Shown here: positions 16,864 through 25,556 of the stretch, in pieces
How positions within the stretch are numbered: position 1 is the stretch's first letter
Layout: every line of letters starts with the position of its first letter
Assembly (NCBI GenBank): GCA_020052735.1
Contig: JAGVON010000067.1
Coordinates: 1-37,730 of the forward strand
DNA from: an archaeon
Lineage (GTDB): Archaea; Micrarchaeota; Micrarchaeia; Anstonellales; Bilamarchaeaceae
DNA: 37,730 nucleotides
Direction: 5' to 3'
Notes under the pieces: model-generated
What the model was told of the DNA's origin: nothing
The model's input: only the letters and a program-made list of their open reading frames with translations
Databases searched by the model: none
Made by a program: the position numbers and the translations under genes

Positions 16864-17433
16864 TCATATCTGTTTTACCGCGATTACTCCCGCCTGCGTT
16901 TTGAAGAATTTGTAGCCCGCCCTCATGAGCACCCTTTCGGTTTTGGTGCCCCTCTGGGCGACTATCTCGTCCAGGTTGCCGTCCGGGTTAAGGGGCGTCG
17001 TGAGGGTGACGGCGAACTGGAACTCATGGGCCCTCCCCTCCATCTCGCGGTGGTCCACCAAGAGTTCGCGCAGCCCCTTCCCCTCATATGGGAGGAGGAC
17101 GGCATCGTCCTCAAGGAAAATGGCATTAGTATAGCCGGTTTCCAGCTGGAGATTTGTAGGGTTATATGCGGTGCCCCATGCGAGCCCCACGGCGACGAGC
17201 ATCCTGCCAACATATGCGCCGTAGCTCATGTTGCGCTTCAGGACTTCCTTCACCTCGTCCTCGGTGACCGCGAAGAGGCACTTCCTCATTATGTTGGTGA
17301 CCTCCTCCGCGTCTTCGGGGGTGAGGCGCTTTATCTCCGCCTCTTCCATGTCTATGGGTGAGCGCACGCGCATCTTGGGGGATGCCTTCTCCTCCTTGTT
17401 CTCTTCAATTATGGCGCTCTTGAAGTCGCTCAT
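16864..17433 (-). CDS. Putative GNAT-like acetyltransferase
   Basis: I trimmed the track ORF to the ATG at 17433 (MSDFKSAIIE…), because the longer form would overlap the upstream Zn-ribbon gene. …AIFLEDDAVLLPYEGKGLRELLV… resembles GNAT motif A. The functional call is weak. Confidence 0.45.
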   Translation of the reverse strand: MSDFKSAIIEENKEEKASPKMRVRSPIDMEEAEIKRLTPEDAEEVTNIMRKCLFAVTEDEVKEVLKRNMSYGAYVGRMLVAVGLAWGTAYNPTNLQLETGYTNAIFLEDDAVLLPYEGKGLRELLVDHREMEGRAHEFQFAVTLTTPLNPDGNLDEIVAQRGTKTERVLMRAGYKFFKTQAGVIAVKQI

Positions 17434-17494
17434 CAAATGGATAATGCGAAGGAGGAGTTTTAATCTATTGCGATGGGGGCTGGGTGCGGGATCC

Positions 17495-17830
17495 TTACAT
17501 GAACCTGGTGCCGCACACCGGGCATTTGGTATAAAGAGTGTCCATCTCATATCCGCAGATGGGGCACCTCCACACCTGCTTCTTCGCGCGGGCAATTTCG
17601 GCCTCAAAATCATAGTCCCCTTTCACGCATTTCTTGGCGTCCAGCTCGTTCAGCTCGCCGCACTTGGGGCATTTCTTCCTGAACATGGACTTTATGCGCA
17701 CCCCGCAGGAGGGGCAGCGCTCCATGTCCAGCGTGACCTTTGCGCCGCAGGAGGGGCACTTGTAGTCCTTGTCCGCAAGCGTGGATTTCTTCTTTGAAAG
17801 CCCCTGCGTTATCGCGTCTAATAATCCCAT
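17495..17830 (-). CDS. Multi-zinc-ribbon protein
   Basis: 111 aa with five CPxC pairs (CPSC, CPSC, CPKC, CPIC, CPVC) arranged as about three Zn ribbons. Its start overlaps the stop of the upstream secreted-protein gene by 13 nt. Confidence 0.7.
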   Translation of the reverse strand: MGLLDAITQGLSKKKSTLADKDYKCPSCGAKVTLDMERCPSCGVRIKSMFRKKCPKCGELNELDAKKCVKGDYDFEAEIARAKKQVWRCPICGYEMDTLYTKCPVCGTRFM

Positions 17831-18837
17831 CTATACACCACGAGGGCGAGCGGAAGGAGGGCTGCGAGCACGAATGTGGACGGGCAGAAGGGCTTGGAGC
17901 CGTTTGTGCCGGTGTTCCCGGCCCCGGGGGAATCCGTTCCCGTGCCTGTATCCACTGTGACCGGGACCTCTCCTGCCTCAACATCCTCAACCTGCGCCCC
18001 GAGGCACTGGGAGGACATCGCGCTGTTGAGCGCGGCAAGGCTCGGCTCGTAGTTGCCGCCGCGGACCGCGGTCTTGAGCGCGGCTATCTGCGTGGCGACG
18101 TTGCCGGAGTTGCACACGCGGGAGTTTGCGAGGTCCTCCGCGTTCTTTATCTCCGCAAGCGCGGCTGTGCACGCTGGCGCGTCCTCATTTATGGAACGGA
18201 CGGTGTTTATCGCGCCCTCAACGAGCATCCTTGCGCCGTCCACCTGGCAGTCCGTGAGCAGGGCCGCGGATTCCCCCTCAATCCCTATGAGGGAGTCCCT
18301 GTCCGCCTTAAGCTTGCAACAGGTTGAGCCGCCGGGGCCGCAGAGGGAGAGCGGCTGCACCGAGGCGTACTCCTCAAGGAAAACCTCGGTCTTGTTCGCG
18401 ACTATGAGCTCCTTCGCGGTCGGGAAATGGTTGAGCGGGACTTCAAAGATGGCCTCGTAGGTGGTTGCGCCCTGCGCCATCGTCACCTTCGCTATCTCAA
18501 GGGATTCCACCTCCTCGCCCCTGCCTCCCAGGTAGATCGGGATGCGCACGTTGCACGTCTTGCCGAACTCAAGGACCGGGCACTCCGTATCAACCAGCGC
18601 CCACTCGCCGCTCGTGAAATTCTTGTAATAGAAATATGCGATTGTGCGCTCGCCGAACGGGTTGTTCACCCATATCCCGAGCGTCACGTACTCCGGGCCG
18701 TCCCCGCCCGCGTCGCAGTTATGGACGATGACGTCCGTGGACACGGCCTGGGAGTTTATCGTGCTGAGCTCGGGCTCAAAATCCTCCGAAAAAACAAAAC
18801 CTGAAACCAATAGCAACGCCAATAGGACGGCTTTCAT
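17818..18837 (-). CDS. Secreted, C-terminally anchored Cys-containing surface protein (unknown family)
   Basis: It has a signal peptide (MKAVLLALLLVSGFVFSE). N-x-S/T sequons are present. A Thr/Gly-rich linker (TVDTGTGTDSPGAGNTGTNG) precedes a terminal TM helix (FVLAALLPLALVVY). Confidence 0.7.
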   Translation of the reverse strand: MKAVLLALLLVSGFVFSEDFEPELSTINSQAVSTDVIVHNCDAGGDGPEYVTLGIWVNNPFGERTIAYFYYKNFTSGEWALVDTECPVLEFGKTCNVRIPIYLGGRGEEVESLEIAKVTMAQGATTYEAIFEVPLNHFPTAKELIVANKTEVFLEEYASVQPLSLCGPGGSTCCKLKADRDSLIGIEGESAALLTDCQVDGARMLVEGAINTVRSINEDAPACTAALAEIKNAEDLANSRVCNSGNVATQIAALKTAVRGGNYEPSLAALNSAMSSQCLGAQVEDVEAGEVPVTVDTGTGTDSPGAGNTGTNGSKPFCPSTFVLAALLPLALVVYRWDY

Positions 18838-18856
18838 GATGGGGATTTGCAGGAAG

Positions 18857-18866
18857 TATTTATATA
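18857..18866. promoter_or_regulatory. Single TATA box shared by two divergent transcription units
   Basis: TATTTATATA sits in a 50-nt spacer. It is centred about 25 nt from the minus-strand ATG at 18837 and about 26 nt from the plus-strand ATG at 18888. Confidence 0.5.
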
Positions 18867-18887
18867 CTTTACAGAAGAGTGGAAAAG

Positions 18888-20171
18888 ATGCGGGGTTGGC
18901 TGTTCGCGTTCGTACTGCTTGGGCTAGCCTTCGCTGCTGCCCCCGAAGTGCACCTGCCTAACCTGGACCCGTTTGAGAACCCGCTGCTCATCGGGGCGAT
19001 GATTCTTCTGGCGGTCTCGTTTTCCGCGCTGGCATACGCCGTGTCCACCGCCATACAAAACCCCTCCGCAATCGCCTGGAGCAAGGACATGGTGAGGGAA
19101 ACCATAGCGGGCGTGATAATAGTCGCAATAGTGTATGGGGCTGCGGTCACCGCGAACGGGATGATAGTGGGCATGACCGGGTACGGAAGCCTTACCGAAG
19201 TGGGCTCGGGGCCGACCGAACTCGGCTCGGCCGCCCTTGACCCGCTTCTTGGGGACCTGGAGATGGTCTACGGGAAGGTCGCAGAGGCGTATTTCTCCGT
19301 GGCGGTGCAGCAGGGCACCTCCATGAGCGTCACGTTCTCCGTGCCCCCTGTAAAATTCTTCTTCCTGCAGCCGGCGATATATTACGCGAGGGACATGATG
19401 CCGTATTACGGGATGGCGCCCATGCTGCAGTCGCTAACCCAGAGCTCCTACCAGCTCACGATACAGATGCTGAGCCTGAAGATGGTGAAGGTTTTCCTGG
19501 TGTATATCGGCGCGGTGGTGCCCGGCTTCCTGCTCCCGCTCGGCTTCGTGTTCAGGATTTTCCCGCTCACCAAGAAGGCGGGCGACACGCTGATAGCCCT
19601 GAGCCTCGGGGGCCTGTTCATGCTGCCGGCGTCCCTCATAGTGGTCAAGGAGATGCGGGACCTGGCCGGCTTCGGGAACGCGGGGAGCGCGGTCGGCTTC
19701 GTGAGGACCGAGAAATTCTACGATAACGTGGAGCCGACGCTGTTCTCGCAGCAAAGCGCGGCGCTGGTCAGCGGGCTGTGCCAGAACACCGCGGTAAAAG
19801 TGATATTCGGGTTCGGGGAGATGTTCTGGGGGATCCTCTACGCGCTCATAATGCTGCTGATGCAGAACTATGATTTCTTCGGGAATTTCAACACCTTCGT
19901 GAGCCAGATATGGCCATGGATAATATACGCGCTGCAGATGCTTTATGCGACCGTGCTCACCGCGATAGCGGAAAGCGCCGACTCGGGGGCCATGTATGAC
20001 CGGACGATACAGCCCATAGTGCAGTACCTGTTCCCTGCGGTCAGCGAGATAACCGCCTTCTCCATCATTTCCATAATCATGATCGCGGTGATAACATACG
20101 GCGGGACAAGGGCGGTCTCAACCGCGCTGGGCGGCGAGTACTCATTCGCCGGCATAACGAGGATGGTATGA
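18888..20171 (+). CDS. Polytopic membrane protein, paralog A of a six-member family (unknown function)
   Basis: It has a signal-like N-terminus and then TM1, which ends in ALAYA. The post-TM1 motif is NPSAIAWSKDMVRE. The core motif is LPLGFVFRIFPLTKKAGD (19533-19586). The C-terminal tail is LGGEYSFAGITRMV. I preferred the ATG at 18888 over the track's GTG at 18879. Confidence 0.8.
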   Translation: MRGWLFAFVLLGLAFAAAPEVHLPNLDPFENPLLIGAMILLAVSFSALAYAVSTAIQNPSAIAWSKDMVRETIAGVIIVAIVYGAAVTANGMIVGMTGYGSLTEVGSGPTELGSAALDPLLGDLEMVYGKVAEAYFSVAVQQGTSMSVTFSVPPVKFFFLQPAIYYARDMMPYYGMAPMLQSLTQSSYQLTIQMLSLKMVKVFLVYIGAVVPGFLLPLGFVFRIFPLTKKAGDTLIALSLGGLFMLPASLIVVKEMRDLAGFGNAGSAVGFVRTEKFYDNVEPTLFSQQSAALVSGLCQNTAVKVIFGFGEMFWGILYALIMLLMQNYDFFGNFNTFVSQIWPWIIYALQMLYATVLTAIAESADSGAMYDRTIQPIVQYLFPAVSEITAFSIISIIMIAVITYGGTRAVSTALGGEYSFAGITRMV

Positions 20172-21049
20172 TGAGGGGAATTGCGATTATCATGGCTCTC
20201 GTCTCCTTTTCCTCGGCCGGCTGCGGCATAATGGACACGGACGCCAACGTGGCGTTCACGCAGGCGCTCCCGATCATAGGCGCGGCGATCGCGCTTTCCA
20301 TCGCAGTGGCGGCGCTCGCCTACATGGCGGGCAGTTTCATGAGGAACCCCAACCTGCTCGTTTTCAGCAAGGACCAGATATTCCACACGTTCGTTTCTGT
20401 GCTCCTTGTTATCTCAATAGAGGGGATATTCTATGGGACGTGCATGTTCGCCAGCAGCGCGGCCGGCAGCGACCTGCAGTCCGCTTCCCTCAATTACATG
20501 CGGGAACTGCGGGTGGACGGCGGCCAGATGCTCGCCCAGATAATGAAACGCTCAATTGAGTATAAGTTTGAGGCAGCGTATTATACGGCATACCAGGTCC
20601 CGTACATGGGAGGGGAGGCCTATTGGTGGGAGGCATACAACAACGCATACGCCCGCAACCTGGAGATGCTGTTTGACTTCGTGATGGTGGGGTATGTCAG
20701 CGCGGGCGTGCAGTACAACCTCCTCGGGATGCTGCCGCAGATTGCGCTGGGCGTGATGGTGCCGATGGGGCTCCTGCTGCGCTGCATCCCTAAGGCGAGG
20801 GAGGCGGGAAACATGGTGATGGCGCTCGCCCTTGCGCTTTATGTCGTGATTCCGTTCTGCTACGCGGTCGCATCAACCATGAGGGAGACGGAGGTGCCGT
20901 GGTTCACCGGAGCGCCTGACGACACGGGCATCTCTTTTGAGGACGCGGGGCTGTACCTGTTCCAGACAATATTCCTGCCGAACCTCGCCTTGGTCGTGTT
21001 CGCGACCGCGGTGGGCGGGCTGATGAAGGTGGCTAAGGTGATACCATGA
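20168..21049 (+). CDS. Polytopic membrane protein, paralog B (shortest member)
   Basis: It overlaps A in ATGA. It has a lipobox-like SSAGC, then AALAYMAGSFMRNPNLLVFSKDQ. The core motif is VPMGLLLRCIPKAREAGN (20759-20812). Confidence 0.8.
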   Translation: MMRGIAIIMALVSFSSAGCGIMDTDANVAFTQALPIIGAAIALSIAVAALAYMAGSFMRNPNLLVFSKDQIFHTFVSVLLVISIEGIFYGTCMFASSAAGSDLQSASLNYMRELRVDGGQMLAQIMKRSIEYKFEAAYYTAYQVPYMGGEAYWWEAYNNAYARNLEMLFDFVMVGYVSAGVQYNLLGMLPQIALGVMVPMGLLLRCIPKAREAGNMVMALALALYVVIPFCYAVASTMRETEVPWFTGAPDDTGISFEDAGLYLFQTIFLPNLALVVFATAVGGLMKVAKVIP

Positions 21050-23337
21050 GGGCTGCACGCATATTCCTGCTCACATTCGCATTCCTCCTTGCCGCGGCCT
21101 TCGCGCAGGGCAGCGCGGGGGAGATACTCGCAGGCGTGCAGGAGCAGCCCGGGCTGCTCGGCAGCATAGCAAAGGACTGGCAGGTCTATACTGTGGCAGT
21201 GATGCTGCTGATGGCGGGGCTTGTGGCGCTCGCGTATGCGATAGCGAACTCGTTCTCGCTGCCCGACCTGAGGGCATGGGCGGACGTGGAGCTGGGGGAG
21301 ATATTCGCCAGCGCGCTCCTGCTGATGTTCATAATAGGGATAATATCGTTCATAGACGTGAGCGCCGCAGGCATACTCGGCCCGAGCTTCCCGAGCTCCT
21401 GCGAAAAGCCGGGCTTCTGCCCCGCGAACATCGCCTCGGACTACCTGGACAGCTACCTGAAGGCCGCGAATTCCGCATACAGGACAACGATGGTCAACAG
21501 CATAGACACCGCGAACGACGCGTTCGCGGGCAGCACGGTCGGCATACAGGACCTTATATACGGCTACCTCACGTACAGGTTCAGGGACAACCCCGAGAAG
21601 ATGATACAGGTGGAGATGTACGACCAGGTCCTGCAAAACCTCTCCGCAGTGCTGGCCTCGCTCGGGATGCAGAAGTTCATGCTGAAGTTCATGACATTCA
21701 GCGTAGCGCCCGTTGCGATATTCCTCGGCATTGTGCTGCGCTCTTTCTTCCTCACGCGCAAGATGGGCGGCCTCCTGCTTGCGTTCGGGCTGGGCTTCCT
21801 TGTGGTATACCCCCTCACTTATGCGCTGGCGTGGTACACGCTGGATGCGGCGATTTACGGGGCGCAGAAGGGCCCGAGCGGTACGCTGAACCCCTGCCCG
21901 AAAGTGTGCCTGCCGTTCTCCAAGGTGGTTGACCTTTCGGAAACGCCGCTCGTGGAGGTGCCCATGGAAACGGTGAGGGAGGACTTCCATGGCCAGTGCA
22001 TGGCTGAGCTGGAGAGCGACGGCATAGGCGAGACGGGCCGCTCAAACACCTGCATGGACGCATGCAGGGATGATGTGGATTCAACAGGGCGCTCGGATAG
22101 CTGCATGGACGGATGCACCGCAGGGATAGATTCCACGGGCAGGAGCGTACCGTGCATGGACGGCTGCATGGGGCAGTACTTCTTCAACTGCCAGGCAAGG
22201 TGCGCGGAACAATGCACCGAGGCGGGCTATGAGATGCCCGCGGCGGAGTTCCCGGACCCCGCGGTTGTCGCCAGGTGGGAGGAATGCATGGACCCGTGCA
22301 TGGAAGCGGAGAACTGCGACGCGACTGGGGTGGAAAGGACATCTTATTGCCAGGCAAACGAATGCCCGGTCGTGATAGGGGAGCTGGCTAGCGGGGTGGA
22401 ATACTGCCAGGCAACGGAGTGCGGCGTGCTGCCAGGATACACGGGCGAAGAAACGGCGTACTGCGAAGGGCAGTGCACCCCCCTTGAAGGGTTCGGGGGC
22501 AGCAGCGAGGAGTATTGCGACCATGAAACGGATGGGATGGTGGCACGGCTGGGGAGAACGGGCGGGGTGGCGGTGGGGAGCGGGGCGGATTACCACTCAT
22601 ACGGGTATTGCCCTGTGGACCCGTGCGGGTTCCCGATACCCTACCAGAAAAAGGAGTGCCTCGGATACACCGGAACCCCTAACATATGCAACACAAGGCC
22701 GTTCCAGCCCGACGACCCGGCATATGCGATGATGGACGCGAGCGAACTGGTGGACGGGTGCCCCGCGGAATGCAGGACGCTTGCGCCGATGGCGCCTGGC
22801 GCTGAATGCTTCAACCGGAAGAGCATACGGCAGGATGACGGGACGTACAAATACGAGCCGCTATGCCCGTCGCAATGCATGTGGATAACCACGGGCGGGG
22901 AGACGGACCGGACGTGCCCGGACGAATGCAGGGAATTCTATCCGGCACACCCGCAGGAGCTCTGGGACGCGAAGGCCTCGGACCAGACCTGCGTGTACAT
23001 AATACCTGATGTTGTTTTTGACGAGCCGGACACGTGCTCGCAGTGCGCGTTCGTTGCGGAGAAGGGGCTCACGATGGAGCCCGCGATGATATGGGACTGC
23101 ACCGCGTTCTGCGGCGCACCGAGTTCAACGGTGATGGGGCAGGACCCGGCCACGATGACGAACAACATAGGCGGGATGCAGGGGCCGACTGATGTCATAG
23201 CGGTGAGCAAGCTGATGGTGCCTGCCTTCGTGCTCCCGATTTTCTGCCTTGCGGTGACGCTGATGTTCGTGATGTCGCTTTCGCCCATGCTTGGCGGCGA
23301 CATAGACATACCTGGGATGATGAGGATGATGCAATGA
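21046..23337 (+). CDS. Polytopic membrane protein, paralog C, with a roughly 400-aa Cys-rich ectodomain insertion
   Basis: It overlaps B in ATGA. It has VALAYAIANSF…LRAWADVELGE. The core motif is IFLGIVLRSFFLTRKMGG (21718-21771). After the core hairpin comes a Cys-rich insert (about 21892-23115). The terminal TM helix is followed by the tail LGGDIDIPGMMRMMQ. Confidence 0.85.
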   Translation: MRAARIFLLTFAFLLAAAFAQGSAGEILAGVQEQPGLLGSIAKDWQVYTVAVMLLMAGLVALAYAIANSFSLPDLRAWADVELGEIFASALLLMFIIGIISFIDVSAAGILGPSFPSSCEKPGFCPANIASDYLDSYLKAANSAYRTTMVNSIDTANDAFAGSTVGIQDLIYGYLTYRFRDNPEKMIQVEMYDQVLQNLSAVLASLGMQKFMLKFMTFSVAPVAIFLGIVLRSFFLTRKMGGLLLAFGLGFLVVYPLTYALAWYTLDAAIYGAQKGPSGTLNPCPKVCLPFSKVVDLSETPLVEVPMETVREDFHGQCMAELESDGIGETGRSNTCMDACRDDVDSTGRSDSCMDGCTAGIDSTGRSVPCMDGCMGQYFFNCQARCAEQCTEAGYEMPAAEFPDPAVVARWEECMDPCMEAENCDATGVERTSYCQANECPVVIGELASGVEYCQATECGVLPGYTGEETAYCEGQCTPLEGFGGSSEEYCDHETDGMVARLGRTGGVAVGSGADYHSYGYCPVDPCGFPIPYQKKECLGYTGTPNICNTRPFQPDDPAYAMMDASELVDGCPAECRTLAPMAPGAECFNRKSIRQDDGTYKYEPLCPSQCMWITTGGETDRTCPDECREFYPAHPQELWDAKASDQTCVYIIPDVVFDEPDTCSQCAFVAEKGLTMEPAMIWDCTAFCGAPSSTVMGQDPATMTNNIGGMQGPTDVIAVSKLMVPAFVLPIFCLAVTLMFVMSLSPMLGGDIDIPGMMRMMQ
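22033..22167 (+). repeat. In-frame 51-nt (17-aa) tandem repeat inside paralog C
   Basis: TGRSNTCMDAC, TGRSDSCMDGC and TGRSVPCMDGC start at aa 330, 347 and 364, an exact 17-aa period. At nucleotide level each unit is ACxGGxxGxxxxxxxxxxTGCATGGACGxxTGC. Confidence 0.8.
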
Positions 23338-24404
23338 GGCAAACTGGACGGCTGTTGCTGTTGCTGGCGCTCCTTTCGCTCTCCTTCGCGGCCGGCGAGT
23401 CCCCGGACTGGGTTCCAATTGCGCTGCTCGCCGCCTTCACCGGGCTCGGCGTGCTTGTGATATTCTACCTCATCAGCTATGTTGTTGAGGCGGACCAGAT
23501 GAGGTCCATGGCCATTTCCGAGATGTGGCAGGTCGTCATAACCGCGGTGATGATCGCAGGGTTGATCGGGGCGCAGGCGCTGGCCACGGAGTTCGGCGCG
23601 GGGATGGCAGGCGATTTCGGCGCAGAGCCTGGCGACACGCAGCTGGATTTCGCAGTGAAGGTCACCCAGGCGACCGTTGAGTACCAGTGGGGCACCCTGA
23701 TGGATTATACAAACAATGTAGTGCTGCCGATGGGCGACCTCGCGTCCCTCTCCGGGAACTGCTGGCTGTTCGGGGTGGCATTCACATATTCAGGATGCGC
23801 GAGCATAAACGTGCCCTTCTCCTCAGCGTCCCTCGCGGCGAGGACCATGGCGATGGCGATACTGGCGCTGAACTCGCAGCTGGTGCTTCTGAAATTGGCG
23901 GGCAGCTTCTTCTTCCCGGTGCTGCTGCCGGTGGGGCTGTTCATGCGCACTTTCCACGTTACTAGGGGCACCGGGGGCTTCCTCATCGCGTTCGCCGTGG
24001 CGTTTTATTTCGTTTATCCCCTTGCAACGGTGCTCACGAAAGGGATGGCGGACATGGTCCCCCTCTCCTCAACCGGCGCCTCCTACCCTGGCATAGACCA
24101 GGTGTACGCGGACGAGACATGGGAATTCAGCAACGTTTACACATTCACGGTGCCGGCGGAATGCGACCCGTTCAAGACGTATGATTACCCGGAGACGGAC
24201 GAGTTTGAGGGATTCGGATACACGCAGAACCAGGTGAACAACCTGCTGAACGAAAACCTGATGGACCCGCTGCTGTTCATCTTCATGATAGAAGGGATAT
24301 TCAGCCCCGCGCTGAGCGTGCTGATTACGCTAGCGGTGCTGCGGCCCCTGACAAGGGCATTCGGGACCGAGGTTGACGTTTCGGCCCTAGGGAGGGTGTC
24401 TTAG
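23334..24404 (+). CDS. Polytopic membrane protein, paralog D
   Basis: It overlaps C in ATGA. The core motif is LPVGLFMRTFHVTRGTGG (23925-23978). The tail is FGTEVDVSALGRVS. Confidence 0.8.
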   Translation: MRQTGRLLLLLALLSLSFAAGESPDWVPIALLAAFTGLGVLVIFYLISYVVEADQMRSMAISEMWQVVITAVMIAGLIGAQALATEFGAGMAGDFGAEPGDTQLDFAVKVTQATVEYQWGTLMDYTNNVVLPMGDLASLSGNCWLFGVAFTYSGCASINVPFSSASLAARTMAMAILALNSQLVLLKLAGSFFFPVLLPVGLFMRTFHVTRGTGGFLIAFAVAFYFVYPLATVLTKGMADMVPLSSTGASYPGIDQVYADETWEFSNVYTFTVPAECDPFKTYDYPETDEFEGFGYTQNQVNNLLNENLMDPLLFIFMIEGIFSPALSVLITLAVLRPLTRAFGTEVDVSALGRVS

Positions 24405-25556
24405 ATGGTGTGCGCGGACATAAGCTGGCTGTATTCCCTTTCCGTGCTTTCGCTTGGGGTCACCCTAGTGGTCCTGGGCTTGGCGTACGCGCTGGGGCAG
24501 CTCCTCAGCAACCCCCAGTTCAACGTATGGGCAAAGACGGAGATGTTCCAGGTGTTCATTTCGTTCTTCCTGGTCCTGCTCGTGCTCTTCATGAGCGGCT
24601 CAATGTGCCACTTTAAGTATGCGGACCTTGCCGGGCTGGGCCCGGCAAGCAGCAACCCGCTGGACCTCTCCGCAAACCAGTACGCATACACGCATCCGGA
24701 AATCCTCCCGGAGGACAATATGATAAATGCGTCTGGGAAATACCTCGCGAACGTAGCGTATTTCATAAACACCGAAATGAGGGCGGCACGCGCCCTGTAC
24801 GGGATTTCGGACGAGGCGTCAAGGTATTCGCGCACCCCGTGCATGCCTGCCGCGACATTCTGCCTGTACGGGACCAGCGGATACACCGTGAGGCCGTACT
24901 CCGGGCTGAGCAGCTGGTCGCAGATACTCGGGTTCTCGCTCTACACCGACACCGCCTCATACCTGACCGTCCTCATACAGATGGCTCTGCTCGCGTTCAT
25001 ATCCGGGGGAGGGATAATGGCGTACCTGCCGCTTGCGATAATACTGCGCTCGCTCCCGTTCATGAGGCAGCTCGGGGGCGGATTGCTGGCGATATGCATA
25101 GCCCTGTTCATCATCTACCCTGCGCTGCTCACCGTGGAGTCCCTGTTCTGGAACCCATACCAGATGATTGGGGACGGCTGGGGCACGCTTGTGGATGCGG
25201 CGAACAGCATGGGCAGGGGATTCTCGTATGTGAGCGCGGGGGCGTATGCGGAGACCATGGCCGCGGCGCTTCTCCTGGCGGGCGCTCTTCTGGACCTGGC
25301 CGCGATAATAGCCGTGGCTGTTTCGGCTGGGTTTGTGAGCGCGGTGCTCGCGATAGTAAGCGCGGCGGGCGGCCAGTGGACGCTGGACACGTTCAATGCG
25401 GCGGTGCAGGTGAGCATGCAGGCGTCTTCCATATCCTTCTTAAGCGCGACGTTCCTCCTTTCGCTGAACATAATAGCCATAGGCGCGTCCGCACGGGAGA
25501 TTGGAAGGCTGTTGGGGCAGGAAGTAGACCTGAGCAGGCTTATGCAGGTGTTGTGA
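24405..25556 (+). CDS. Polytopic membrane protein, paralog E
   Basis: Its ATG directly abuts the TAG of D. It has LGLAYALGQLLSNPQFNVWAKTEMFQ. The core motif is LPLAIILRSLPFMRQLGG (25026-25079). The tail is LGQEVDLSRLMQVL. It has no signal-like prefix. Confidence 0.8.
   Translation: MVCADISWLYSLSVLSLGVTLVVLGLAYALGQLLSNPQFNVWAKTEMFQVFISFFLVLLVLFMSGSMCHFKYADLAGLGPASSNPLDLSANQYAYTHPEILPEDNMINASGKYLANVAYFINTEMRAARALYGISDEASRYSRTPCMPAATFCLYGTSGYTVRPYSGLSSWSQILGFSLYTDTASYLTVLIQMALLAFISGGGIMAYLPLAIILRSLPFMRQLGGGLLAICIALFIIYPALLTVESLFWNPYQMIGDGWGTLVDAANSMGRGFSYVSAGAYAETMAAALLLAGALLDLAAIIAVAVSAGFVSAVLAIVSAAGGQWTLDTFNAAVQVSMQASSISFLSATFLLSLNIIAIGASAREIGRLLGQEVDLSRLMQVL

Noticed and set aside
17434-17613. 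N-terminal 60-codon extension of the GNAT-like ORF in the track.
   Set aside because: It would overlap the 3' end of the Zn-ribbon gene by about 120 nt. Its sequence is Arg/Pro/Cys-rich junk-like. The ATG at 17433 gives a sensible N-terminus.
17818-17900. C-terminus of the 339-aa surface protein considered as a PGF-CTERM/archaeosortase sorting signal.
   Set aside because: The sequence is …GSKPFCPSTFVLAALLPLALVVYRWDY and lacks the PGF tripeptide. The Thr/Gly-rich linker plus TM helix is suggestive but not diagnostic.
22033-22167. Short tandem repeat, considered as a possible CRISPR or non-coding repeat array.
   Set aside because: It has only three units with a 51-nt period. The units are in frame and encode a conserved peptide (TGRSxxCMDxC) inside a long ORF. 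There are no spacers and no cas genes.
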